Assembly (NCBI GenBank): GCA_963785725.1
Contig: CAWAWS010000019.1
Span: forward strand, 32,001-96,000
Length of the DNA: 64,000 bases
DNA from: an uncultured delta proteobacterium
GTDB lineage: Bacteria; Myxococcota_A; Polyangia; Palsa-1104
Reading direction: 5' to 3'
This document shows, piece by piece, positions 52,745 through 64,000 of this stretch (positions are counted from its first letter, which is position 1; each line of letters begins with the position of its first letter). Position numbers and translations under genes: made by a program. Below the pieces are notes generated by a model. That model was not told the DNA's origin. It was given only the letters and a program-made list of their open reading frames with translations, and searched no databases.

Positions 52745-53557
52745 ATGGGCACCCTCCGCTTCGGCCTCAGCCGCAGCCATGCCGGCGGCGACCTCGACGA
52801 GAGCGCGGCGCTGTTCGCCACCGCGCTCGGCGAGCGCATCGGCCGTCGCGTCGCCGTCGCCATCACGCCCGACTACGAACGACTGCTCGACGGCGTCCTC
52901 GTCGGCGCCATCAGCGTCGCCTGGATGCCGCCGCTCGTGCACGCGCGCGCCGCCGCCAAAGGCGCGCCGTTGGCCTGTGTCAGCCGTCGCGCCGGCGCCT
53001 TGACCTACCGCGCCGCGCTCCTCGTCCGCGCCGAGAGCGACTACGACAGCGTCGCCGATCTGCGCGGCATTCGCGTCGCCTGGGCCGATCCCTACAGCGC
53101 GTCGGGCTCGCTGTTCCCGCAGCTGCACCTGCACCGCGCCGGCATCGATCCGCGCTATGACTTCGCGACCGAGCAGTATTACGGCTCGGTCGCGCGCGCC
53201 TGCCGGGCCGTCGCCGCCGGCGACGCCGACCTGTGCGCGCACTACATCAGCGACGCCGCCGGCGCCGATCACTTGATGGCCCACCTCGAGCTGCGGCGGA
53301 CGCTCGGCGAGACCACCGCTCGCGCGCTGCGCGTGCTCGACGTCACCGACGCCATTCCGCCCGACGGCATGGTCCTGGCGCCACCGCTCGCCGGCCTCTT
53401 GCAAGCCTCGCTGCGCGACGCGCTCTTGGCCATGCATCAACAGCACGACGGCGCGATGGCGCTGGAAGCCTTGACGCACGCCGAGCGGCTGATGCCCGTG
53501 ACCGGCGACGTCGTGCGCATCATCAACCGCTTGCAAGCGCAAGACATGCAGCGCTAG
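52745..53557 (+). CDS. PhnD/phosphonate-binding-like protein without signal peptide
   Basis: Y.A.LLVRA.S....ADLRG.RVAWADP.SASG.LFP; TDAIPPD. Confidence 0.75.
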   Translation: MGTLRFGLSRSHAGGDLDESAALFATALGERIGRRVAVAITPDYERLLDGVLVGAISVAWMPPLVHARAAAKGAPLACVSRRAGALTYRAALLVRAESDYDSVADLRGIRVAWADPYSASGSLFPQLHLHRAGIDPRYDFATEQYYGSVARACRAVAAGDADLCAHYISDAAGADHLMAHLELRRTLGETTARALRVLDVTDAIPPDGMVLAPPLAGLLQASLRDALLAMHQQHDGAMALEALTHAERLMPVTGDVVRIINRLQAQDMQR

Positions 53558-53566
53558 CGTCGACGC

Positions 53567-54520
53567 ATGCTCGTGCTCATCACCGGCGTCGCTGGCTTCA
53601 TCGGCTCGCACCTCGCGGCGCGGCTGGCGGCGCGCGGTGATCGCGTCATCGGCCTCGATAACTTCGACGAGACGCTCTATCCGGCGTCGCTGCACATGGC
53701 GAATCTGGCGCAAGTGGCCGACGTCGTCGAGTTCACCAAGGGCGACATCCTCGACGTCGAGCTGCTCGAGCGGCTGTTTTCAAGCCATCGCTTCGACGCC
53801 ATCGTGCATTTGGGCGCGCTCGCCGGCGTCCGCCCGTCGCTGCAGCAGCCGAAGCGCTACCAACGCGTCAACATCGAAGGCACGCTCAACCTGCTCGAGG
53901 CTTGCCGCGCGTACGGTGTACGCCGCTTCGCGTTCGCGTCGTCGTCGTCGGTGTACGGCGCGCACAACGAAGTGCCGTTCCGCGAGCGCGATCCGGCGGT
54001 GCGTCCGGCGTCGCCGTACGCAGCGTCCAAGCGCGCCGGCGAGCTCTTCTGCAGCAACTACAGCGATCTTTACGGCATCGCCACGTCGGCCTTGCGCTTC
54101 TTCACCGTCTTCGGCCCGCGCCAACGGCCGGAGATGGCCATCCACAAGTTCGCCCGCCTCATCCAGAGCGGCAGCCCGGTGCCGTTTTACGGCGACGGCT
54201 CCTCGGCGCGCGACTACACGTTCATCGACGACATCATCGACGGCGTCGTCAGCTCCGTCGATCACTGCGGCAACGGCCAGCATCGCGTCTACAACTTGGG
54301 CGGCTCGCGCACGACGACGCTGGCGCGGCTCATCGAGCTCCTGGAAGCGCAGCTCGGCCGCCCCGCGATTCTGGATCGCCAGCCCGATCAGCCGGGCGAC
54401 GTGCCGATCACCTACGCCGACGTCACCGAAGCGGCGCGCGACCTCGGCTACGCGCCGAAAGTGCCGATCGAAGAGGGCATCGCGCGCTTTTGCGCCTGGT
54501 TCAAGGAGCAGCGCCCATGA
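53567..54520 (+). CDS. NAD-dependent nucleotide-sugar epimerase (UDP-glucuronate 4-epimerase-like)
   Basis: GVAGFIG, AGVRPS, ASSSSVYG, YAASK, RFFTVFGP, RDYTFIDD. Confidence 0.92.
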   Translation: MLVLITGVAGFIGSHLAARLAARGDRVIGLDNFDETLYPASLHMANLAQVADVVEFTKGDILDVELLERLFSSHRFDAIVHLGALAGVRPSLQQPKRYQRVNIEGTLNLLEACRAYGVRRFAFASSSSVYGAHNEVPFRERDPAVRPASPYAASKRAGELFCSNYSDLYGIATSALRFFTVFGPRQRPEMAIHKFARLIQSGSPVPFYGDGSSARDYTFIDDIIDGVVSSVDHCGNGQHRVYNLGGSRTTTLARLIELLEAQLGRPAILDRQPDQPGDVPITYADVTEAARDLGYAPKVPIEEGIARFCAWFKEQRP

Positions 54521-54882
54521 GCGATCGCGATCGCCTCCTCGACGACCTCGAGCTGCTGGAAAAGGCGCGCATCGTCGTCAACGACAAGGCGTTTCAAGTG
54601 CGCGGCGCGACGATTCCGTTCGGCGCCATCTTGCACATCGAGCTGTCGACGCCGGAGACGAGCGGCACGACGGAGGTCGCCGCGTGGCACGAGCGGCGCG
54701 CCGTCGCCCGCATCATCACCGACGATCGCATGCACGACCCGGTGCTGATGGAGATGGGCGTGCGCGTGTCGTCGAGCGACGGCGCGCCGCCCGAGTTCGA
54801 CGCGAGCCGGCTGGCGCTGCGCGTGCGCCACATCGCCGAGGCGGCGGCGCGCGTCGCGGGCAAGAAAGTCGTCGCCGCGTAA
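54517..54882 (+). CDS. Hypothetical protein
   Basis: AAGGAG SD, ATGA overlap with the epimerase, host-like codon usage. Confidence 0.6.
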   Translation: MSDRDRLLDDLELLEKARIVVNDKAFQVRGATIPFGAILHIELSTPETSGTTEVAAWHERRAVARIITDDRMHDPVLMEMGVRVSSSDGAPPEFDASRLALRVRHIAEAAARVAGKKVVAA

Positions 54883-54902
54883 CCGCACGCGACCGTAGGC
54901 GT

Positions 54903-55370
54903 TCAGCGCGCCATGTCGGGCGGCGACGCGGCCGGCGCGCCGTCGCCGGCCGCAGCGGCGGCCCCTTCGGGCGCGGCCCACGCAGCCTTGATCTCGTCGG
55001 CGCTGGCGGCGATGACGCGGCCGTGCAGCCCGCGCAGATGCAGCTCGAGCGCCTTCAGCGGATGGCGCTCGTAGCCGGACGGAATCTCCAGCTCGCACGC
55101 CCGCGTCCCCGTCGCTGCCGGCGCATCGCAGTGGATCGACTGCGCGACATAGTGACGATCGCGCTCATCGGTCATCGTGAAATAGTTCGACGGCGGCGCC
55201 TTCGCCAAGCCCGTCACTTCCACCAACAAGAGGCGTCGCGACCGATCGAACGCGCGTAAATGCAGCGTCGTCGGCGCTTTCGCCGTCGCCGACTTCGTCG
55301 TCGGCTTGCCCCACGCCATCGTCGCGGCCCCCACCGCGAGCAGCGCCGCTAAGGTTGTGCGCCCGTCCAT
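54903..55370 (-). CDS. Exported hypothetical protein
   Basis: Signal-like N-terminus; co-directional with ino1. Confidence 0.55.
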   Translation of the reverse strand: MDGRTTLAALLAVGAATMAWGKPTTKSATAKAPTTLHLRAFDRSRRLLLVEVTGLAKAPPSNYFTMTDERDRHYVAQSIHCDAPAATGTRACELEIPSGYERHPLKALELHLRGLHGRVIAASADEIKAAWAAPEGAAAAAGDGAPAASPPDMAR

Positions 55371-55846
55371 GTGAACGACCCCTCGGTCATCGTCGGATCG
55401 TCGACGCGAATCATCGTCGACAGGTCGCCGGCGAGCATACCCTGACCGACGATGGTTCCGCTAAGCGAAATCCGAAGCGGGCCGTCGTCGTCGTTGTCAT
55501 CGTCGGTGACGGGCATGTCGATGGGGACGTTGATGCGCACCTCGCAGCCGAGGACGCCGCCGGTCTTACCGCCGTCGTTGTGCGTCAGCTGCGGGATCGT
55601 CAGGGTGTCGAAGGCGCCTTTGTCGGCCGACGTCAGCGTGCCCCAAAGGAGCGCGCCCAAGCCGCTCGAGCGCTTGACCTGCTGCAGCTGCGCGTCGATG
55701 ACGTCGCCCGTCGTTGCGCCGCCGTCGGCGATGGGCGTGAGCGTGAAGATCCACTGACCGGTGAGGTCCGGATCCAAGCTGCAGGCGGTGAAGGGATTAT
55801 TGCCGCAACCGCCGCCGAGACCGAGCACGGCGGCGACTGCGACCAA
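55349..55846 (-). CDS. Hypothetical lipoprotein (start uncertain)
   Basis: Hydrophobic stretch ending GGGC; beta-rich body; directly follows ino1. Confidence 0.55.
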   Translation of the reverse strand: MVAVAAVLGLGGGCGNNPFTACSLDPDLTGQWIFTLTPIADGGATTGDVIDAQLQQVKRSSGLGALLWGTLTSADKGAFDTLTIPQLTHNDGGKTGGVLGCEVRINVPIDMPVTDDDNDDDGPLRISLSGTIVGQGMLAGDLSTMIRVDDPTMTEGSFTWTGAQP

Positions 55847-55878
55847 GCGAAAAACGTACGGAAACCGAAGCGCTGCGA

Positions 55879-57202
<1,324 letters not shown>

Positions 57203-57600
57203 GGGCGCGAACCTTATGCAAGCAGGCGGCCGCGGTCAAGTAACCGATTTGTCGTGATCGAGGTGTTGAACCTTCACCGAGCTGTCGCGCTTTCCAACGC
57301 CGCCTTACGACGATCTCTGTCGTCGTCATCCAATAATAGGTGGCGAGCGTCGTAGCGTTTGCCCGAGAATGCCGTAGATCTGGTTCTGCAGGCAGGCGAC
57401 GACGACGACCAGCACCTCCGACCGCTCGACCGCTTCCGACTGACTGGAGGCCGAGCCCTCGCCTTTCGGCCAGCGTCACATCCTTGATCTTGGCCTATTT
57501 GCGTGTTAGATCGTCCCGCCGCTAAACAAGCGGCAAAGGCGTCGAAGTTTGGGCGCCGCGGTCTCCGACGCCAAAAGCGAACGCGACCGTTACCAAACGA

Positions 57601-57665
57601 CACAGGCAGCCGGAGGCGATTGCGTCCGCCGTTGAAGGTTGCCGAGGAAGACGCGGGAGAAAACC
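57601..57665 (+). promoter_or_regulatory. Structured rpsB 5' leader (possible S2 autoregulatory element)
   Basis: GGCAGCC (57605-11) can pair with GGTTGCC (57637-43); GCGTC (57622-26) can pair with GACGC (57650-54) next to the SD. Confidence 0.4.
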
Positions 57666-58569
57666 ATGGAAGGCACGCAGCAGCAGTCGGCTCTGAACGA
57701 GCCCCCGATCACGATGCGCCAGCTCCTCGAGGCCGGCGTCCACTTCGGTCACCAGACCAAGCGCTGGAACCCGAAGATGAAGCCGTTCATCTTCGGCGCG
57801 CGCAACGGCATCTACATCATCGACCTGCAGCACACCGTCAAGCTGTTCCGCAAGGCGCTACAACTTCATCGTCGACACGGTCGTCGCAGGGCGAGCTCGG
57901 TGCTGTTCGTCGGCACCAAGAAGCAGGCGCAGGACGTCATCCAGGAAGAGGCGCGCCGCTCGGGTCAGTTCTACGTCACCAACCGCTGGCTGGGCGGCAC
58001 GCTCACCAACTTCAAGACCGTCAAGGGCTCGATCGAGCGCCTGCGCGGCATCGAGAAGATGGCCGAGGACGGCACCTTCGAGCGCCTGACGAAGAAGGAA
58101 GTGCTCGGCCTCGAGCGCGAGCGCGTCAAGCTCGAGAAGACGCTCGGCGGCATCAAGGACATGGGCGGCCTGCCGCGGCGCGATGTTCGTCATCGACCCG
58201 AAGAAGGAGCACATCGCCGTCGACGAGGCGCGCAAGCTCGAGATTCCGATCGTCGCCATCGTCGACACCAACTGCGATCCCGGACCTCATCGACTACGTC
58301 ATCCCCGGCAACGACGACGCCATCCGCGCCATCAAGCTGTTCACGGGCAAGATCGCCGACGCCGCGCATCGACCGGCGGTCGCATCGGCAAGGAGCGCGC
58401 GGCCTCGCGCAACGAGCGCCGCGACCAGGACGAAGAGCAGAAGCCGGAGACGATCCGCGTGTCGTCGGGCGGCGATGGCCCGAAGGTCGAGATCGCGTCG
58501 CGCCGCTCGGGCTCGACGCGTCCGGCGCCCGAAGCGTCGGTTTCGCCGGACGAAGCGGGTAAGGAGTAA
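57666..58569 (+). CDS. rpsB: 30S ribosomal protein S2 (multiple apparent frameshifts)
   Basis: [45 protein letters not shown] distributed across frames. Confidence 0.95.
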
Positions 58570-58574
58570 GCACC

Positions 58575-59267
58575 ATGGCCGAGATCACCGCTACGATGAT
58601 CAAAGAGCTGCGCGAGCGCACCGGCGCCGGCATGTCCGACTGCAAGAAGGCGCTCGACGGAGACCGACGGCGACCTCGAGAAGGCCGCGCGAATACCTGC
58701 GCAAGAAGGGCCTCGCCGCCGCCGCCAAGAAGGCCGGCCGCATCGCGACCGAAGGCGCCGGTCACGTCGTACATCCACAACGGACGCGTCGGCGTGCTGA
58801 TCGAGGTCAACTGCGAGACCGACTTCGTCGCCAAGACCGACGACTTCCAGCGCTTCGTCAAGGACGTCGCGATGCACATCGCGGGCGCGTCGCCGGCGCC
58901 GATGGTCGTCTCCGAAGCGGACATCGATCCGGTCGCCGTCGAGAAGGAGCGCGAGATCCGCTTGGAAGCGGCGCGCAACCCGAAGCAGGTCCCGGGCGAG
59001 AAGCTCAAGGTCATCCCGGAAGCGATGATCCCGAAGATCGTCGACGGCCAGATCGCCAAGTGGAAGAAGGACGTCTGCCTGCTCGATCAGATCTGGGTGC
59101 GCGATCCCGAAGGCAAGAAGACGATCGGCGCGCTCTTGAACGAGCTCGTGGCCAAGATCGGCGAGAACATCAAGATCCGCCGCTTCGTGCGCTGGGAGCT
59201 CGGCGAGGGCCTCGAGAAGAAGAAGGACGACTTCGCCGCCGAAGTCGCCAAGCAGGCCGGCCTGTAA
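58575..59267 (+). CDS. tsf: Elongation factor Ts (short type; local compensating frameshifts)
   Basis: [44 protein letters not shown]. Confidence 0.95.
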   Translation: MAEITATMIKELRERTGAGMSDCKKALDGDRRRPREGRANTCARRASPPPPRRPAASRPKAPVTSYIHNGRVGVLIEVNCETDFVAKTDDFQRFVKDVAMHIAGASPAPMVVSEADIDPVAVEKEREIRLEAARNPKQVPGEKLKVIPEAMIPKIVDGQIAKWKKDVCLLDQIWVRDPEGKKTIGALLNELVAKIGENIKIRRFVRWELGEGLEKKKDDFAAEVAKQAGL

Positions 59268-59343
59268 TTTCGCCTCGTTCTGCTCGCCTCGCACTAATTC
59301 CCGTCTGGAAATTCCCTCGTTGATCCCATACTCTCCCATCCTC

Positions 59344-60084
59344 ATGGGAGAGCCCGCACCGCGCTTCAAGCGAATCCTGCTCAAGCTGTCCGGCGAAGCG
59401 CTCATGGGCGACACCGGCTTCGGCATCGAGCCGGCCGTGCTCGAGCAGATCGCGTCCGAAATCGGCGAGGTGCGCGCGCGCGGCACCGAGATCGCCATCG
59501 TCATCGGCGGCGGCAACATCTTCCGCGGCTTGGCGGCGTCGGCGCATGGCATGGATCGCGCGTCGGCCGACTACATGGGCATGCTGGCGACGGTCATGAA
59601 CTCGCTGGCGCTGCAGGATGCGCTCGAGCGGCGCGAGATCGTCACGCGCGTCATGTCGGCGATCGCGATGCAGGAGCTGTGTGAGCCCTATATTCGCCGG
59701 CGCGCGATGCGGCACCTCGAGAAGGGGCGCGTCGTCATCTTCGCGGCCGGCACCGGCAATCCCTACTTCACGACCGATACGGCGGCGTCGCTGCGCGCGA
59801 TGGAGATTCACGCCGAGGTGCTGCTCAAGGCCACCAAGGTCGACGGCATTTACGACAAAGATCCGGTGAAGCACACCGACGCGAAGCGCTTTCATCGGCT
59901 CACCTACCTCGAAGTCTTGCAGCGCAACCTCAAGGTCATGGACTCGACGGCGATGGCGCTCTGCCGCGACAACAAGCTCGCCATCGTCGTCTTCGACCTG
60001 CATACGCGCGGCAACATCAGCCGCGTCGTCGCCGGCGAGTCCATCGGCACGCTGGTCACAGACGAGGAGAATCGGCCATGGTGA
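59344..60084 (+). CDS. pyrH: UMP kinase
   Basis: [35 protein letters not shown]. Confidence 0.97.
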   Translation: MGEPAPRFKRILLKLSGEALMGDTGFGIEPAVLEQIASEIGEVRARGTEIAIVIGGGNIFRGLAASAHGMDRASADYMGMLATVMNSLALQDALERREIVTRVMSAIAMQELCEPYIRRRAMRHLEKGRVVIFAAGTGNPYFTTDTAASLRAMEIHAEVLLKATKVDGIYDKDPVKHTDAKRFHRLTYLEVLQRNLKVMDSTAMALCRDNKLAIVVFDLHTRGNISRVVAGESIGTLVTDEENRPW

Positions 60085-60635
60085 ACGACATTTTGAAGGA
60101 CCTCGAAGCGGGCTTGGCCAAAGCGCAGGATTCGCTCAAGCGCGAGCTCGCCAAAGTGCGCACCGGTCGCGCGAACTTGGCGCTGCTCGACGGCGTGCGC
60201 GTCGACTATTACGGCACGCCGACGCCGCTGAACCAGGTGGCCTCGGTGTCGACGCCGGACGCGCGGCTGATCCAGATCAAGCCGTGGGAGAAGAAGCTCA
60301 TCCCGGCGATCGAGGACGCGATTCGCAAGTCGGAGCTGGGCGTCAATCCGAACAGCGACGGCGAAGTGGTGCGCATTCCGATTCCGTCGCTGACCGAGGA
60401 GCGGCGCCGCGATCTGACCAAGGTCGTCAAGCGCATGGGCGAGGACGCGCGCGTCGCCATTCGCAATCAGCGCCGCGACGCCAACGAGATGCTCAAGGAA
60501 TACCAGTCGGGCGGCGACATCACCGAGGACGAGCAGACGCAAGGCACGAAGAAGGTGCAAGCTGCGATCGACAAAGGAATCGCCGTTGTCGACGAGCTGG
60601 TGAGCAAAAAAGAAGCCGAGATTATGGAAGTCTGA
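60078..60635 (+). CDS. frr: Ribosome recycling factor
   Basis: [33 protein letters not shown]. Confidence 0.97.
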   Translation: MVNDILKDLEAGLAKAQDSLKRELAKVRTGRANLALLDGVRVDYYGTPTPLNQVASVSTPDARLIQIKPWEKKLIPAIEDAIRKSELGVNPNSDGEVVRIPIPSLTEERRRDLTKVVKRMGEDARVAIRNQRRDANEMLKEYQSGGDITEDEQTQGTKKVQAAIDKGIAVVDELVSKKEAEIMEV

Positions 60636-60644
60636 CCGGCAGCA

Positions 60645-61979
60645 ATGGCAGCGCCCGCGCGATTCGGCAAGTACGATCTGCTGGCGCTGCTGGCCACGGG
60701 TGGTATGGCCGAGATTTGGCTGGCGCGAATCTCGGGTGAGGCCGGCTTCGAGAAGCTGGTCGTCATCAAACGGCTGCTCGATCAGCTGGCACTCGACGCG
60801 GAGTTCGTCGAGATGTTCCTCGACGAAGCGCGCATCAACGCGCGGCTGCAGCACTCCAACATCGTGCAGGTCATGGAGCTGGGCCAGGTCGAAGGCCGCT
60901 ACTTCATGGCCATGGAGTACGTGCCCGGCCTGTCGGTGGCGCAGCTCGGCAAGCGCGCGACCAAGCTGCTCGGCGACGTGCCGCTGGAGGTGGCGGGCGG
61001 CATCGTCATGCAGGCGTGCGTCGGGCTGCACTACGCGCACGAGAAGACGCTGCCCGACGGCAAGCCGCTCGACATCATCCATCGCGACGTCTCGCCGCAG
61101 AACCTGATCTGCACGTTCGAAGGCTTGGTCAAGGTGCTCGATTTCGGCATCGCCAAGGCGTCGGAGCGCGTGAGCCAGACGCGCACGGGCATGGTCAAGG
61201 GCAAGTTCTCGTATATGTCGCCCGAGCAGTGTCTGGGCGCGCCGCTCGATCGCCGCTCGGACGTGTTCACGCTCGGCATCGTGCTCTTCGAGCTGGCGAC
61301 GTCGCGACGGCTGTTCAAGCGCGCCAGCACCTACGACACCTATTTGGCGATTACGCAGGCGGATGTGCCGTCGCCGAGCGCGGTGAACTACAAGATCGCG
61401 CCGGCGCTGGAGGCGGTCATCGTCAAAGCGCTGCAGCGGAAGCCGCAAGATCGCTTTGCCAGCTGCGACGAGATGCACGAGGCGCTCGACCACGCGCTGC
61501 GCACGCTCGGGCTGCACGCGTCGCCGACCGATCTCGGCAAGTTCATGGAGGCGACGTTCGCCGACGAGCAGGAGGAGCAGCAGCGGCTCGTCGGACAGGC
61601 GCAGCGCGGCGAGCTCGACGTCAGCGACGCCCATGCGCGCGCGGTGTCGCCGGTGGCGGTGGCGGCGGCGCTGGAGTCGCAGGCGAATTACACGGTCGAC
61701 GACTCGCGGACGTCGATCGATCTCTTGCCGGCGCTGGCGGACGAGTCGCACCGCACGATATTGGCGGAGGAGAGCGAGCTCGAGCAGAGCTGGGACTCGG
61801 AGCACGACATCAAGACGCGGGCGATGGTGCCGCAGTCGCACACCGCCGTCACCGAGCCGCGCGGCATACCCGTCGTCGAAGATCCGCCGAACCAAGGGCC
61901 GAAGCCGACGATTTACTACGCCTTCGGTACGGCCGGTCTGCTGCTGCTCGTCCTCATCATCTGGCTCATCGCGCGCTAG
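60645..61979 (+). CDS. Hanks-type Ser/Thr protein kinase with C-terminal TM anchor
   Basis: LATGGMAE, VIKR, HRDVSPQN, DFGIAK, KGKFSYMSPE. Confidence 0.93.
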   Translation: MAAPARFGKYDLLALLATGGMAEIWLARISGEAGFEKLVVIKRLLDQLALDAEFVEMFLDEARINARLQHSNIVQVMELGQVEGRYFMAMEYVPGLSVAQLGKRATKLLGDVPLEVAGGIVMQACVGLHYAHEKTLPDGKPLDIIHRDVSPQNLICTFEGLVKVLDFGIAKASERVSQTRTGMVKGKFSYMSPEQCLGAPLDRRSDVFTLGIVLFELATSRRLFKRASTYDTYLAITQADVPSPSAVNYKIAPALEAVIVKALQRKPQDRFASCDEMHEALDHALRTLGLHASPTDLGKFMEATFADEQEEQQRLVGQAQRGELDVSDAHARAVSPVAVAAALESQANYTVDDSRTSIDLLPALADESHRTILAEESELEQSWDSEHDIKTRAMVPQSHTAVTEPRGIPVVEDPPNQGPKPTIYYAFGTAGLLLLVLIIWLIAR

Positions 61980-61995
61980 CGACGAACGGCGTTCG

Positions 61996-64000
61996 TTAGC
62001 CCCGTTTACGTTCGGATCTCGCCATGGCGGCGAGGGCGCGGCCGGTGTGCGAGGCGCGGCAGGCGGCGACTTCGTCGACGGTGCCGGCGACGACGAGCGT
62101 GCCGCCGGCGGCGCCGCCTTCGGGGCCCATGTCGACCAAGTAGTCGGCGCGGCGGATGAAGTCGAGGTTGTGCTCGATGGCGATGATGGTGTGGCCGGCG
62201 GCGAGCAATTGGCCGAGCGCGCCGAGCAGGACTTCGACGTCGCGGCCGTGCAAGCCGGTCGTCGGCTCGTCGAGCAGGAACAGCGTCGGACCGGCGCCGG
62301 GCACGAGATGCGCCGCCAGCTTCAGGCGCTGCGACTCGCCGCCCGAGAGCGTCGCCGTCGGCTGGCCGAGCTGCAAGTAGCCGAGCCCGACCTCGGCGAA
62401 CGGACGCAGCCGCGCGCACAATTTATCGTCGAGCACGAAGCGCTCCAACGCCTCGTCGACGGTGAGGCTCAAGCATTCGAGGATCGACAGGCCCTGCCAT
62501 TTGACCTGCAAGACTTTGTCGGTGAAGCGATTGCCGCCGCAGGCGTCGCACGAGACCGTCACGTCGGCCAAGAAGTGCATCTCGAGCGTGACGGTGCCGT
62601 GGCCTTGGCAGGTCTCGCAGCGGCCGCCGCCCTTTTCGGCGCTGACGTTGAACGAGAAGGCGCCGGCGGTGAGGCCGAGCCGCTGCGCGTCGGCGGTCTT
62701 GGCGAAGCGCTGGCGCAGCTCGTCCATCGCCTTCAAGTACGTCGCCGGGTTCGAGCGCGACGAGCGGCCGAGCGGCGATTGGTCGACGAGCACGACGTCG
62801 GTGAAGGCGTCGAGGCCATCGAGCTTGCGCACCGGACCCAAGCGGTCGACGGTTTGGCCGCGCGCGCGCTGGGCATTGCCGTGCAAGACATCGACGACGA
62901 GCGACGACTTGCCCGAGCCGCTGACGCCGGTGACGACGCTGAAGCGGCCGACGGGAAAGCGCACGTCGACGTCGCGTAAGTTGTGCGCGGCGGCGCCTTC
63001 GATCGTCAGCCAGCGCGGCTCGTCGGCGATCGCGCGACGCCGTCAGCGGCTGATGCGGCCGCTCGCGCGCGCGTAGGAACTGCGCCGTGGCGCTGCCGCC
63101 GTCGCGATCGCGCACGAGCTCGTCGTAGGTGCCGGCGAACACCACCTCGCCGCCGCGCGCGCCGGCGCCGGGCCCGAGGTCGACGATGTAATCGGCCGCG
63201 CGCATGATCTCGGCGTCGTGCTCGACGACGACGACGCTGTTGCCGCGCTCGACCAGCTGGCCGAGCACCTTGATCAGCCGATGGGTGTCGCGCGGATGCA
63301 AGCCCACCGACGGCTCGTCGAGCACATACAGCGTGCCCGTCAAGCGCGCGCCCAACGCCGACGCCAGCGCGATGCGCTGCGCTTCGCCGCCCGACAACGT
63401 GCGCGCTTGCCGAATGAGCGACAAATAGCCGACGCCGACTTCGATGAGATAGCGCAGCCGCGACTCGAGCTCGCGCAAAATCGGCGCTGCCGTCGCTTTG
63501 GCCTGCTTGTTCAGCTTCAGCTCGTCGAAAAATGCCGGCAATTCGACGACCGGCAGCGACTCCAGCTCGGCGATCGTGCGACCCGCGACGCGCACCGCCA
63601 GCGCCTCTTTCCGCAGCCGCGAGCCGTGGCAATCGGCGACACTCATCGTAGCCGCGATAGCGCGCCAACAACACGCGCACATGCATCTTGTACTTCTTGG
63701 ACTCGAGATAGCGCCACAGCCCGCGCACGCCGTACCACTTGCCTTCGCGCCATTGCCCCGCCTTGTAGCCGGGATCGCCGTCGAGCACCCACTTCTGCTC
63801 GCGCTTCGACAGCGCCTGCCACGGCACGTCGAGCCGCACTTTGTGCTCGGGCGCGAGCTTGGCCAGATCTGCTTGGCACTCGAGGTTCGACTTGGTCTGA
63901 AAGAGCGCGATCGCGCCTTCGGCGAGCGTCTTGCGGCCGTCGGGGATGACCTTGTCGAGGTCGATGCCGATGGCGCGGCCGAAGCCTTGGCACGCCTCGC
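61996..64000 (-). CDS. uvrA: Excinuclease ABC subunit A-like, partial (frameshifts near 63640 and 63040)
   Basis: LSGGEAQRI, LDEPSVGLH, GVSGSGKSS, GRCETCQG zinc finger, LSGGESQRLKLA. Confidence 0.9.

Noticed and set aside
57203..57600. 6S, SRP or RNase P RNA
   Set aside because: No recognisable conserved motifs for these RNAs by eye; a covariance search would be needed.
57666..59267. rpsB/tsf as pseudogenes or programmed frameshift sites
   Set aside because: Essential genes with multiple, often compensating, indels and no slippery-site pattern; the same error type occurs throughout the window.

Overview
High-GC bacterial chromosomal window. The gene content (Hanks-type Ser/Thr kinases, Oar-like TonB receptor, many Cys-rich lipoproteins, ECF/anti-sigma/caspase module) points to a myxobacterium (Myxococcota); this taxonomy is inferred. 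From left to right it holds: a TetR-regulated fatty-acyl-CoA cluster, two paralogous lipoproteins, a kinase-TPR-RCC1 module, a PAS two-component pair, a YdbH/AsmA-like lipid-bridge operon with a DUF1318-like lipoprotein and a TolB/TPR protein, a gluzincin peptidase, small Cys-rich lipoproteins, an orphan Afp15-like AAA ATPase, pitA, a compositionally distinct DUF362/GMC-oxidase/membrane/metallophosphoesterase cluster, DinB, an HTH-only LysR, lipoprotein-Oar, an ECF sigma/ZAS anti-sigma/exported caspase operon, hydrolases (purple-acid-phosphatase-like, PepP, fascin-GH30, Dcp), tRNA-Ala(CGC) with an att-like duplicate, tlyA, ino1, rpsB-tsf-pyrH-frr, a second kinase and a partial uvrA. Many single-base frameshifts, even in rpsB and tsf, look like assembly errors. 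The most striking feature is a 2x68-bp MIRU-like repeat at the sigma/anti-sigma junction. Each unit carries a GAGGAG Shine-Dalgarno (SD) site and a 22-24 aa mini-ORF chained by GTGA/ATGA stop-start overlaps, so translational coupling is preserved across the insertion. All family calls come from motif recognition by eye; no searches were run.
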